Of a stretch of 64,000 nt of DNA, positions 52,092 through 63,901 are shown piece after piece (the first letter of the stretch is position 1; each line of letters begins with the position of its first letter). The DNA is from Vulcanimicrobiota bacterium (lineage in GTDB: Bacteria; Vulcanimicrobiota; Vulcanimicrobiia; Vulcanimicrobiales; Vulcanimicrobiaceae), in assembly GCA_963812155.1 (NCBI GenBank), contig CAWETW010000003.1, positions 480,001 to 544,000 on the forward strand, read 5' to 3'. The notes under the pieces were generated by a model. It had not been told where the DNA came from. It did not search any database and saw only the letters and a list, made by a program, of their open reading frames with translations. Position numbers and translations under genes: made by a program.

Positions 52092-55000
52092 TCTACGCGT
52101 GTTGCGACGAGAACCGCAAGGCGGCGATTCTCGGAAATCCCGACGTCAACGGCATCGATTATCTCGAGGTGCTGGATTCCGCGGCGCCGGCCGGCAGTCC
52201 GCGGCAGCAGACGTTGTTCGTGCATTGCCTGAAGCCGGTGTCCTCGATTCTCGCGCCCGGCAACGTGCTCATCCAAGGAGGCGAGAGCATCACGGACATC
52301 GTTGCCGTGTGGGTCGCGCCGGCTTCCGAGCCGCCGCCGGACGCAACGGCGGCGGAAGACGCCTACTTCGCGACGCTCACCGATCCCGCGAATACGCTCG
52401 TCGTCCGCACGAGCGTCGCCGGCGATTTCTCGCCGTACACGCTGCGGCTGGTCAACGACGCATCGCAGGCCTCGGCCGACACGTTCGAAGTCACCGAAGT
52501 GCTGACGAAATTCGATCCGCAGCTCGCCGAGGTTGCGTTTTCGTTCAAGGTCGAGTGCGGACCGGATTTCGATTGCGCGCCGGCCGTTCCGCAGTGTCTC
52601 CCCGATTTGCCCGCGCCGCCGCCGATCAACTACCTCGCGAAAGACTACGGCTCGTTCCGGACCGTGCTGCTCGATCGCCTGGGGCAACTGCTTCCAGGCT
52701 GGCAGGGTTCGAGTGAAGCCGACACCGGCGTCATGCTCGCGGAAGTCGTCGCCTACGCCGCCGACGCGCTGAGTTATCATCAGGACGCCGTCGCTACCGA
52801 AGCCTACGTAGCGACGGCGCGCAGCCGCATATCGCTGCGCAGGCACGCGCTGCTCGTGGACTATCACGTGCACGACGGATGCAACGCTCGCGCCTGGATG
52901 TGTCTCACCGTGACCGCAGACGTCTTCTTGGATCACACGATCACGCGGTTTTACACATTCGCTTCGGGCATGCCGTCGTCGCTCGCCCCCGGCGCGGGCA
53001 ACGAAGAGAAGGCGCTCATCGCCGGCTGCGTCGTGTTCGAGCCGATGCAAGATGCGAATTTGCTACTCGCACACAACCAGCTGCAGTTCTACACGTGGGG
53101 CGATGCGAGTTGCTGTCTGCCCAAAGGCGCAACCGAAGCGACGCTGCTCGGCAGCTTTCCGTTCCTCCAGGTCGGCGACGTCCTGATCTTCGTCGAGGTC
53201 ATGGGACCGCAAACCGGCGTTGCGGCCGACGCCGACATTCGACACCGCTGTGCCGTACGGCTCACGTCGGTCGCAACCACGGACGCGCAAGGCAATCCGT
53301 TGGTCGACCCGCTCTTCGAAGCCGGCTCCGGCGATCCGATCACGTCGCCGCTGCAGCAGCCCACGCCGGTGACGGAGATTCAATGGTCGGTGGAGGATGC
53401 GCTGCCGTTCCCCGTCTGCATCTCGTCGACGTTTCTCGACTCCACCGGGAAGCTGCAAACGCTGACGGCCGTGAGCGTCGTGCGCGGCAACGTCGTGCTT
53501 GCGGATCACGGCTTGACGATGCCCGCGACATCGCTGCCGAACGTTCCCGAACCGACGCTGCGTCGCGCTCCATCGACGAGCGACCGCTGCAATCCATCGG
53601 CGGCGGTGCCCTTCCCGGTGCGCTACCGCCCGCGCATTCCCGACGGGCCGCTGACGCAAGCCGTCGCGCTCGAGATTTCGGGGCAGTCCGGGAGCGTCCG
53701 TTGCCGTGCCGCTGCTCGCCAACGGCTTCGTGAGCCTGACCGACGCGAACGGCTACGTGAGCCTCATGGTCGGCGCCGCCGAGCCGTCGGCGTGGCCGCA
53801 GTATTTCGGCATCGTCGCGACGCCGAACGCGAGCATTCATACCAACTTCGACCTCGCCGTCGTCTTCGATCCGCCCGGCGGGCCCGCCGGTCTCTCCGCG
53901 CCGCCGGTGCTCGAGCTCTTTACGAACCTTACGCTCGATACGACGACCGCGAACTACGCCGTCGCGCAGCTCAACGCGCATTCGCGTTTCGTCAGCGTTC
54001 CGTCTGGATTCACGCCGCCGCCCACAAACCCGACGCTCGGTGCGGCGACCCCGGTGATGCTCGCGAACGTCGGGACGACCGATTTGAAGGATTTCGCCGA
54101 CAGCACCTATCTCACGGTGCAGCCGACGAGTCCGCTTTCGTGGCCGCCGAACTTCGGCGTGCTCGCGCAGGGGTATCTGGAATCGCCGGACTTCTTCAAC
54201 CTCGTGCTCGTCTATCGGCCGCCATCCGGTAACGGCGTCGCAGTGCCGGTGGTCGTCGAGCAGTTCGTCAAAGTATCCTTGGCGACGATCGAGAGCGCGG
54301 TCGCCGCGCCCGGCAATCTGATCGACGTGCTGACCTTCGAAGAAACGCCCAACCCGGCGCTGTCGGCGTTCGCGCTGACGAACTACGATGCAAGCGAAGC
54401 GCTCCCGTCGATCGCGTTGACGAGCCTCTTCGAAGGCGAATCGGCGGCGTGGAACGCGCTCCCCGATTTGCTCGGCTCGGGTCCGGCAGATACGAACTTC
54501 GTGGTCGAGATCGAGTCCGACGGCAGCGCGTTCTTGCGCTTCGGTGACGGCGTCAACGGCGAGGCGCCGGCTTCGGGGACGGCGTTTACTGCGACCTATC
54601 GCATCGGAAACGGCACGGCCGGCAACGTCGGCGCGGAGAGCCTCGTCTATTTTGCCGGCGATCCGCGCATCGCGTCGTGCGCGAATCCGATCGCAGCCGC
54701 AGGCGGCGTGGATCCCGAGACCAACGATCAAATCCGCCGCCGCGCGCCGCAGGCGTTCCGCACGCAAGAACGCGCGGTCACGATGGACGACTATGCGACG
54801 GTCACCGAACAGGGCAGTTCCGCGATCGAGGACGCGGCCGCCGCGCTGCGCTGGACGGGCAGCTGGTATACCGTCTTCATTACCGCCGAGCCGCGAACCG
54901 GCGCAAACCTCAGCGATTCGTTGCGCAAGAGCCTCACGAAATACGTGAACGGCTATCGTCTTGCGGGACAAGACCTGTTGCTCGAGGGGCCTGACTATGT

Positions 55001-55337
55001 TTCGCTCGACGTCCAGCTCACCGTATGCGTCGAGCCGGATTACTTCCAGCGCGACGTGCAGCAGGCGTTGCTCGCCGCCTTCGCGACGCTGTTCTCGTCG
55101 GGCGCATTCGAACTCGGGCAGACGGTCTACCTGAGTCGGCTTTACGCCGTCGCGCGAACCGTCGCCGGCGTCGGGACCGTGGCCGCGACGGTTTTCCAGC
55201 CGCAGGGCGTCGCGACAGATCAGTACTTGCTGGCCGGAGAGATTCCGCTCGGACCGTTTCAAGCGGCGCGCTTGGAGAACGATCCGAGTCTTCCCAATCA
55301 CGGTCAGCTGACGCTTTCGATGGTGGGCGGCAAATGA
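52088..55337 (+). CDS. Baseplate J-like wedge protein 1, with internal duplicated insert (indel near 53690)
   Basis: NGIDYLEV, INYLAKDYGSFR, LSYHQDAVATEAY, LRFGDG..G, YRIGNGTAGNVGA, RAVTMDDY. Confidence 0.88.
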
Positions 55338-58237
55338 ACGCCGACTGCACGTGCGGATGCTGCGCCGGCATCAGCGTTCAGACCCCGCAAGGCGAAACCA
55401 ATCTGCCCGGCCTGCCGGCGATCGCGTATCGCACCGGAGCGTGGGCGACATTTCGAGAGTCCATGCTGGCGCGGCTTTCGAGCGCCGACTATCCGGCGCT
55501 GGCCGCGCTCAAGACGCGCGACGACGACGATTTCACGATCGCGTTGCTCGACGCGAGCGCGATCGTCTTCGACATTCTGACGTTCTATCAAGAGCGGTTG
55601 GCCAACGAGAGCTATCTGCGCACCGCGACGCAGCTGTATTCGCTGGTTCAGCTCTCGCAGCTCATCGGCTACCAGCCGTCGCCGGGCGTCTCGGCCTCGG
55701 TCTATCTGGCGTTCACGATTCGAGCCGCGACCGGGTTGCCGCCCGATCCGACGACGCCGGCCGTCACGATTCCGGCCGGCACGCAGGTGCAGAGCGTTCC
55801 GAAGCAAGGCGCGGCGCCGCAGTCGTTCGAGACGTCGTCGGACATCTTGGCAAAGGCCGACTGGAACGCGCTGCCGGTGCAGGCCGGCATACCGTGGACG
55901 CCGCAGCCGGGCGACACCTTCGCATACTTGAGTGGCACGGCGACGCAGCTCAATCCCGGCGACGCGATCTTGATCGTCGGCGACGAGCGCATCGGCAATC
56001 CGGCGAGCGAACGGTGGGACCTGCGCATCGTCGAGAGCGTTGCGACCGACGCGGTCAACGCTCGAACGCTCGTCAGGTGGTCGGAGGGCTTGGGCGCGCC
56101 CGGCGTCGTTCCTTCGAGCTCTGATCCCACTTTCTACGCGGTGCGTCAGCGCGCCGCGCTCTTCGGCTACAATGCCGTCAACCCGCTGATGCTTGCGAGT
56201 AAGACCTACAAGGCATTGCAGGGCGCCGGATACATGAACGCAAGCGGACGCGACTGGAAGTTCGGCACCGACACGTCGACCGGCGAGGATCTCGGCGCGC
56301 ACGGCCTCGTCGATCTCGACGCAGCTTACCCCAAGATTACGCCGGGAAACTGGCTCGCGCTGAGCAAACCCGACGCCGACACGTCGCGTTCGCCGTCGGG
56401 CTGGATCGATTTGTATCAAGTGACGGCGATCTCGTCGATGACGCGTTCCGACTACGGGTTGAGCGCAAAGATCAGCCGCGTGACGACCGACGCCTTGGGC
56501 GCCCTGCTTACCGATCTCGATGCCTATTACGATGCTACGCGTTCGGCGTCCGCATTCACGCAGTGCGAGGCGCTGCCGCCGGCAGAACAGCCGTTGGACT
56601 ACCCGCTCTACGGAACGTGCGTCGATCTCACGGTCGTGCGCGACGATCTCGCCGGCGTCGCGGCGATTGCGATCGTGGGCAAGAGCCAGAAGCTCATTGT
56701 AAAACCCGGCGTAGCAACCCTCTCGTTCGTTCCCGACGACGAAACGACACCCGTAACGCTTGCGCCGGGCACGATACTGACCGCGATCGCCCCGCCCAAC
56801 GACTTGAATGCCGACGGCTCGGTTCCGGATTGGGGCAGCGACGACCAGTCGATCACGTTGCGCGTCGCCGACACGCAGGGCCGCACCGGATCGATCGCCT
56901 GCAGCTTGAGCGATTTTACCCTCGCGGCGAGCGCGAGCACGGACCCGGTAACGCAGGAGTGCGCCGTCGTGTCCTCGGTGCAATTCGTGACCGAGCCGTT
57001 CGCGCACACGCGCATCGTGCTGGCGAGTCCGCTGCTCAACTGTTACGACCGCAGCGTCACGGCGGTGAACGCAAACGTCGGCCCGGCGACCGCCGGTGCG
57101 TCGGTTGCCGAGCTGCTCGGAAACGGCTCGGCGACCACGCCGAACCAGACATTCACCCTCAAGCAGTCGCCGCTCACCTACGTTCAAGCGGTTACGCCGA
57201 CGGGACGTCTATCGACGCTCGACGTGACGGTCAACGGCGTGACGTGGGAGCCGCTCGCAACGCTGTACGCCGCCCCGCCCGCGGCGCAAGCCTACACGAC
57301 CGTGAATCTTCCCGGCGGCGGCACGCAGGTCGTCTTCGGTGACGGCGTCGAGGGCGCGACGCTGCCGACCGGACAGAGCAACGTACGGGCGAGTTTTCGG
57401 GTCGGCCTCGGCGCGGCCGGAAACGTCGGACCCGGATCGCTCACGACGCTGGTCAATCGTCCGCTCGGCGTGAGCGCCGTGGCGAATCCGCAGGCAGCAA
57501 CCGGCGGACAAGACGCCGACACGATCGACGACATCCGTAGCGACGCGCCGTTGCCCGTGCTGACGCTCGGACGCGCGGTATCGATCGTGGATTATCAGAA
57601 CTTCGCCGGAACGTTCGCCGGCATCGCCAAGGCCAGCGCGGTCGCGATTCCAAGCGGAGCGTTCAAAGGCGTGTTCATCACGGTCGCCGGCGCCGGCGGA
57701 GCGGCGCTGCCGGCCGGTAACTTGACGCTCGCCAACCTCGTCACGTCGCTTCAGACGTACGGCAACCCGAACGTGGCGCTGTGGGTGCAGTCGTTTCTCG
57801 AGACGACGTTCGCCCTGGAGGCCGACGTCGCGTACGATCCCGCATACCAAGCGACGGCCGTCGAAGCGTCGATCCGCACGCTGCTGACGCAAACGTATGG
57901 TTTCGCCGCGCGCACCTTCGGCCAGGGCGTTTCCGGCGATGAGATCGCCGCGCTCGTCGCCGGCGTTGCCGGCGTGATCGCGGTTAACGTGAAAAGCGTT
58001 TCCGTGGTCGCGACGAGTGCCGCCGGCGACCTCGGCAGTGCGGCATACTCAGTGTCGGCGTACAACGCGTGGCTGTCGCAGGCGCTCCCGACGCCACTGC
58101 CGCGGCCGTGCGCGGGGTTGCCGATGGTGATCTGCCCGTATACGCCGGCACCGTCGCCCGGCGCGTTGCCGCTGCCGGCGGAAATTTTCGTGCTCGATCC
58201 CGATCCGAAACAGCTCGTGCTGGGGGTGATGACATGA
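55334..58237 (+). CDS. Baseplate J-like wedge protein 2
   Basis: CTCGCC, LTFYQERLANESYLRTA, VFGDGVEGA.LPTG, RAVSIVDY. Confidence 0.88.
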   Translation: MNADCTCGCCAGISVQTPQGETNLPGLPAIAYRTGAWATFRESMLARLSSADYPALAALKTRDDDDFTIALLDASAIVFDILTFYQERLANESYLRTATQLYSLVQLSQLIGYQPSPGVSASVYLAFTIRAATGLPPDPTTPAVTIPAGTQVQSVPKQGAAPQSFETSSDILAKADWNALPVQAGIPWTPQPGDTFAYLSGTATQLNPGDAILIVGDERIGNPASERWDLRIVESVATDAVNARTLVRWSEGLGAPGVVPSSSDPTFYAVRQRAALFGYNAVNPLMLASKTYKALQGAGYMNASGRDWKFGTDTSTGEDLGAHGLVDLDAAYPKITPGNWLALSKPDADTSRSPSGWIDLYQVTAISSMTRSDYGLSAKISRVTTDALGALLTDLDAYYDATRSASAFTQCEALPPAEQPLDYPLYGTCVDLTVVRDDLAGVAAIAIVGKSQKLIVKPGVATLSFVPDDETTPVTLAPGTILTAIAPPNDLNADGSVPDWGSDDQSITLRVADTQGRTGSIACSLSDFTLAASASTDPVTQECAVVSSVQFVTEPFAHTRIVLASPLLNCYDRSVTAVNANVGPATAGASVAELLGNGSATTPNQTFTLKQSPLTYVQAVTPTGRLSTLDVTVNGVTWEPLATLYAAPPAAQAYTTVNLPGGGTQVVFGDGVEGATLPTGQSNVRASFRVGLGAAGNVGPGSLTTLVNRPLGVSAVANPQAATGGQDADTIDDIRSDAPLPVLTLGRAVSIVDYQNFAGTFAGIAKASAVAIPSGAFKGVFITVAGAGGAALPAGNLTLANLVTSLQTYGNPNVALWVQSFLETTFALEADVAYDPAYQATAVEASIRTLLTQTYGFAARTFGQGVSGDEIAALVAGVAGVIAVNVKSVSVVATSAAGDLGSAAYSVSAYNAWLSQALPTPLPRPCAGLPMVICPYTPAPSPGALPLPAEIFVLDPDPKQLVLGVMT

Positions 58238-60381
58238 GCGTCGATCTGTTCGAGCTGCTGCCTGCCGTCTATCGCGTTCGCGACGCGCAGATCGCCGCAT
58301 CGCAGTCGCTGGAGCAAGGCCCGCTGCAATCGTTGCTCGCGCTGATCGGCGAGCAGATCGCCGCGGTCACTTACGACGTCGACCAGCTCTACGACGATCA
58401 GTTCATCGAGACGTGCGCGGCGTGGGTGATTCCGTATATCGGCGACCTCATCGGCTATCAATCCATTCGCGGAATCGCGCCGACCGTCGACAACCCGCGC
58501 GCGGAGGTTGCCGAGACGATCGCGCTTCGCCGCCGTAAGGGAACCGTGCTGGTGATGGAGCAGCTGGCGCGCGACGTCACGGCATGGGGCGCGCACGCGG
58601 TCGAGATGTTCCGCCTGCTCGGCGACACGCAGTATCTCAAACATCCGCGGCTCCAGAATTTCTACGCACCGGATCTGCGATGCTGGCGTAACGGCCTGTA
58701 CGCGGATAGAGCCTTCGATCGCATGGCGCACCGCGTCGACGTTCGCTCGATTTCCGCGCGCCGCGGCCGCTACAACGTTCCGAACGTCGGCATTTACTTG
58801 TGGTCGCTCGGCGCGTACCGCGTCACGAACGGCACGCCGGCGCCTTCGGCGGCCAACGCGCCCGGCAAAGCTGCGTGCTACCGCTTCAATCCGCTGGGCA
58901 TGGACGCTCCGCTGTTTCACCGCGCGACGCCGCAAGGCGAACGCATCGAAGCCACGGCACGCCCGAACAACGTGCCCGACCGCCTTCATCGCCGAGTGCT
59001 CTGCGAAGACCTCGCGAAGGGCGTCGGCGCAACGTATTACGGTCCGAGCGAAAGCCTGGCGCTCGTACTCGACGGTAATCTCGTGAACCCGTACCAACTC
59101 GAAGTCGCGGATCTCTCGGGTCCGGAGGGCAGTTGGAGCAATCTGCCCGCGGCAAACGGTCCATATCTCGCCGCCGTCGACCCCGAGCTCGGACGAATCG
59201 CGCTGCCGCCGGCGGCGGCCGGTTCGGCTGCGCCGCAGCTTACCGTCACCTACTACTACGGCTTCAACGCCGACCTGGGCGGCGGCGAGTACGCGCGCGG
59301 CAATACGTTCGTTGCCGGCGACGCATTGCCGTATCCCGACACGCAGAGCCCACCGCGCTACGGAGACCTTCAAGCAGCGCTGAACTTCGCCGCCGGCGCG
59401 CTCTCGTCGGCCGGCAGCATCGCGATCGAGATTGCGGGAAGCGCATCGATCGCCGTCGCCGGCGACCTCGCCGTGGACGTGCCCGACGCAACGACGCTGG
59501 AACTGCGCGCGGCCGACGGCGCGACGCCGACGCTCTTGCTCGACGGCGAGTTCGTCGTCACCGGAGGCGCGGGGAGCCGCGTCGTCTTCAACGGGTTGCG
59601 CATCGCGGGCGGCACCGGCATGAAGCCGGGATTGCCGTCTCCAGCGGCGCTCGTGCATCTACCGGTGACGCGCTCCGGCGGCTCCGCCAACGCACTGCAG
59701 ACGTTCGCCCTGACGGACTGCACGCTCGTCCCGGGGTGGTCGGTGGAAACGAACGGAACGCCCGCATTCGACGCGCCTGCGCTGATCGTGGAGCCCGTGC
59801 AAACGAATCTCGTCGCCGCTCGCTCGATTCTCGGCGCGATCTTCATCGCTCCCCTTGCAACGGCGAGCCTGACCGATTGTATCCTCGACGCGACGGATCG
59901 CACGAGCACGGCGTACGCGGCTCTCGACGGCGAGGCCGGCGGCGCATTAACCGCGATCGGCTGCACGATCGTCGGAAAGGTGCACGCGACGCTGCTCAGC
60001 CTCGTCTCCGATTCGATCGTCTGGGCGTCGACGGTGACCGGCGACGGCTGGACCTCCGGACTGGTTGCGGATCGCAAGCAGCAGGGCTGCGTGCGCTTCA
60101 GCTTCCTGCCGGTCAATGCCGTCGTTCCGCGGCACTACGAGTGCGTCGAACAGGCTCTCGCGTCGGTGCGGCCGCTGTTTTTCTCGCTGCGCTATGGTGC
60201 GCCGGCGTACGCGAAGCTCTTGGTTTCGACCGACGATGCGATCCGCCGCGGTGCGGACGACGGCGGTGAGATGGGTGTGTATCACTGGCTGCTGGCGCCG
60301 CAGCGCGAGAGCGACCTGCAGATCAGGTTGTTCGAGTATCTTCCGGTTGGCCTCAATTTCGGATTGATCTACCAGACCTAA
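58234..60381 (+). CDS. gpI/Afp12-like baseplate / tail protein
   Basis: LFELLPAVYRVRD, LYDDQFIETC..WVIPYIGDL, RRRKGT, AVDPELGRI, GCVRFS, GEMGVY. Confidence 0.82.
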   Translation: MSVDLFELLPAVYRVRDAQIAASQSLEQGPLQSLLALIGEQIAAVTYDVDQLYDDQFIETCAAWVIPYIGDLIGYQSIRGIAPTVDNPRAEVAETIALRRRKGTVLVMEQLARDVTAWGAHAVEMFRLLGDTQYLKHPRLQNFYAPDLRCWRNGLYADRAFDRMAHRVDVRSISARRGRYNVPNVGIYLWSLGAYRVTNGTPAPSAANAPGKAACYRFNPLGMDAPLFHRATPQGERIEATARPNNVPDRLHRRVLCEDLAKGVGATYYGPSESLALVLDGNLVNPYQLEVADLSGPEGSWSNLPAANGPYLAAVDPELGRIALPPAAAGSAAPQLTVTYYYGFNADLGGGEYARGNTFVAGDALPYPDTQSPPRYGDLQAALNFAAGALSSAGSIAIEIAGSASIAVAGDLAVDVPDATTLELRAADGATPTLLLDGEFVVTGGAGSRVVFNGLRIAGGTGMKPGLPSPAALVHLPVTRSGGSANALQTFALTDCTLVPGWSVETNGTPAFDAPALIVEPVQTNLVAARSILGAIFIAPLATASLTDCILDATDRTSTAYAALDGEAGGALTAIGCTIVGKVHATLLSLVSDSIVWASTVTGDGWTSGLVADRKQQGCVRFSFLPVNAVVPRHYECVEQALASVRPLFFSLRYGAPAYAKLLVSTDDAIRRGADDGGEMGVYHWLLAPQRESDLQIRLFEYLPVGLNFGLIYQT

Positions 60382-60402
60382 TTTGGGTTCGAGGAGCGTT
60401 CC

Positions 60403-63400
60403 ATGAGCTTCGACATCAGCCGATTGACTTTCGATCCCCGCAACGACTACGCCGCGGTCGTGATGGAACAGGGCCGCGTGCAGACCGATGCCGACTGGAA
60501 CGAGTGGCTCGCAGAGTACGCACGCCGCCTGCAGGCCGAAACGCTCGACCTGCTCGGACACGCCGCATATCCCGCAACGACGCCGGACGCGTTTCGCATC
60601 ATCGCTTCGGGCCCGAACACCGTCGCCATCGGCGCGGGACGCATGTATGTGGACGGTCTGTTGGCGGAGAACCACGGCGTGGCCGGCGACGCGACGTGGG
60701 ATCCGGCGCTGGCGGAGATGTCGTGCGCGCCGCAGCCGCCGCCCGCAACCCCGAACACGGTCGATTACACGGAGCAGCCGTATTATCCGCAGGCGCCGCC
60801 GATCTCACCCGCGGACGGACCGTTTCTCGCTTACCTCGACCTGTGGACGCGCCCCGTGAACGCGCTGCAGGACGCGCGCCTCATCGACGCCGGGATCGGG
60901 CTCGAAACGAGCGGCCGGCTGCAGACGGTGTGGCAAGTGAAGATGATGCCAGCCGACGGTGCGACGTGTGCGACGCCCGATTCGCAGATACCGTATCCGG
61001 CGCCATCGGCGGGATTGCTGACCACGAACGTCGTGCCCAACACGGCGTCGGGGCCATGCTGCATCGCGACGAACACCGGCTATACGGGACCCGAGAATCA
61101 GTGTTATCTCGTCGAGATCCAAAACCAGGGCATCGCGAGCGACACGGCCGGCACGACGGGTGCCACGTTCAAGTGGTCGCGCGAGAACGGCTCGGTTCAA
61201 ACCGGCGTGACTTCGATTGCGAACGGCACCAATACGCTCGGCGATCCCGCGACAGTGCTCGCGGTCGAGAGCTTGGGACGCGACCAAGTGCTGGGTTTCA
61301 AACCCGGCGATTGGGTCGAGATCACCGACGAGGTGCACGTACTCGGTGGAGTTTCCGGCGAGCTCAATCAGATCGACCAGATCGACGTCGCGAGCCGGAC
61401 GATCACGTTGACCGGACAGAGCAGTTTCCCAATCGGGACGCCCGATGCGGCGCTATGCACGCGCATCGTGCGCTGGGATCAGTCCGGCAAGGTGTACGAG
61501 AGCGATTTGAGCACGGTATGGTGGGATCTCGATGCCGTGCCGGCCGGATCGACGCCCGGTGCCATTCCCGTTCCGCTTTCCGACACGACGCTCGTGCTCG
61601 AGAACGGCGTTACGGTAACGTTCGGCACCTCTTCCGGCGGCGGCGGCTTCAATGCCGGCGACTACTGGAGCTTCGCCGCGCGTACCGACGGCTCGATCGA
61701 TCTTCTCACCGATGCGCCGCCGTTGGGCCCGCATCACCATTACGCGAAGCTCTCCATCGTCGACTTCAGCTCGAGCAGCGCGTCCGACTGTCGCACAAAA
61801 TTCCCCACGCCGTCCCGGAGAAGCGGCATGCGGCTGCTGCACCTGCACCGTCGGCGTGGAGGGCAGCGGCGCCGATTTTACCTCGATCCAGAAGGCCGTG
61901 GATTCCGTCCCCGTCACCGGCGGCGAAGTCTGCATTCTGCCAGGCCGCTACTTCGAACGCGTGGTCGTGCACAATCGAAAGGACCTCGTGATTCGCGGAT
62001 GCGGAGCGGGGACGCGCATCGCGTCAACCGCGTTTCACAAGGATCCCAGGGAGCAAGAGTCGTCGAAGAAGACGCCGGCGCAGAGCGGGTTCGCCGCCGT
62101 GATTACCATCACGGACTCCGAGCACGTGACGCTGACGTCGTTTTGCGTGGAGGCCGGCGACGACGAGGCCGGGATTCTGCTCGACCGCAGCTCCGGCGAG
62201 GAGCTCTTCGGATTCTCGGACGTCGACGTGACGATCGAGGACCTGACGGTCACGGCTTCGACGCTGCCGGCGATCCTCGCGCGCAGCGCCGAGCTGCTCA
62301 CGATCGACGACAACCGCATCGCGATGAAGGACGTCTGGAGCGATTGGCCGGCCGTCTACGTCAGCGGCAGGGAGATTCACGTCGACCGCAACTGGATCGG
62401 GCCGATCAGCGCGGCGTCGGAAAAAATGTGGCTGCCGAGCAGCGTAGCCGGGGATCTCGGCGTCAAAGAAGAGTCGCGCGTGTTCGCGACGGTCGTAGAA
62501 AAGCGTGGGCCGGGCGGCATCCAAATCGCAGGGCCGTCCGTCGACGTGTACGTCATCGAGAACGAGATCGAGTTCGCCGCGCGCAACGGCATCACGCTGG
62601 GCAGTATCGACGTTGTCGACGGGAACGGCGACGTCACCGGGCGCGTGACGGGCGTCGTGTTTACGGAACAGGGCGAGTGCACGAAGACGCGCACGCTGCA
62701 GATTCCCATCGGCCAAGCGCCGCACGGCGGCTCCTACGTGGCCGGCGGCCGGCTCGCCGACATTCACATCGAGCGCAACCGGATTCGCGACGTGGGATTG
62801 TGCGGCATCGGCCCGGTTGCGTTCTTCGATCTCGAAAAGACCGCCGAAGCGATCGGCGTGATTAATCTCACCATTCGAGGGAACGAAATCGATCGCTCGG
62901 TCACGCTGCCGCTCGATCCGTACGCGAGCAAAAGGGCGGCCTTTCTCTACGCCGCGATCTGCGTTCCCGACGTCGAGAACCTCGTCATCGAGGATAACGC
63001 CGTTACGGACTTCGGCGAGCAGCCCGGAGCACCGCAGGTCTGCGGCATCTTCGCCCTCAACGCCGAAACGTCGATCGTCAGCCGCAACGAAATTCTCGAG
63101 ACGCGCGACTGGTCGTTCGGCCACTGGCCCGACGCCGAAGGCGACGATTCGTCGCGCGGCGGGATCGTCGTACTGCTGGCGTTGCCGCCGAGCGCCGGCA
63201 GCGCGTATGCCATGCAGCTGAGCGCGCCGGCGCTCGTTCAGGGCGTGCCCGCATTGCGCGTGGAACACAACGTCGTTCGCGTCGCGCTCGGCAACGCGCT
63301 CGAGGCATTCGGCTTGGGCCCGTTCGCGATCGCCAACAACCATTTGAGCACCGGCGGCGGGGTCGTGATCCGCGAGCGCGTGGCGGCTGCCGCGGTGACG

Positions 63401-63889
63401 ATTATGAACCTCGGCATCTCGCTCGAACTGACGAGCATGGCCGGCGGATACAAGACGCTGTACGGTTCGACCGAACTGCCCCAGCAAGGGCCGACGGATC
63501 TGGCGCGCTCCAACGGAACGGTGCTGTTTACCGGAAACGTCTGTCAGCTGGTCGCGCAGAGGGATCGCGAACGCGGATTCGCGTCGGTCGCGATCGTGAG
63601 CCTCGACGACGTGCTGTTCGCTAACAACGTCTGCTGGCTCGACGGCGCCCAACTGACGGCGTTCCTCGACGCCTTCCTGCTCGCGGTCAGCATTCAGGTG
63701 GTGGGGAACCGCTTTCAGGAGTCGGTCGATTCTGTGCTGGCATCCGGTTTGACCGTCGGGAAGCTAAACCTGACGTCGCAGAATCTCTCGACCTATTGCC
63801 TCTTCGCGCTGCCGCAGATGCTTCCGGGAGCGTTGAACGTGTCATGGGTGCCCGATCAGCTCTGCGAAGAACTTCAAAAACGTCTATAA
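60403..63889 (+). CDS. DUF6519-domain fibre-like protein with C-terminal beta-helix (indel near 61810)
   Basis: EQGRVQTDADWNE, GRMYVDG, GYTGPENQ.Y.VEI, FKWSRENGS, GDYWSFAART, HHYAKL; then IQKAVD..GGEVCILPG and N.I beta-helix repeats. Confidence 0.82.
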
Positions 63890-63901
63890 AGGAATGTACC
63901 G

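Noticed and set aside
53340..59658. Long antisense ORFs opposite the baseplate genes
   Set aside because: Typical high-GC shadow ORFs with no motifs; the sense strand has clear homology.
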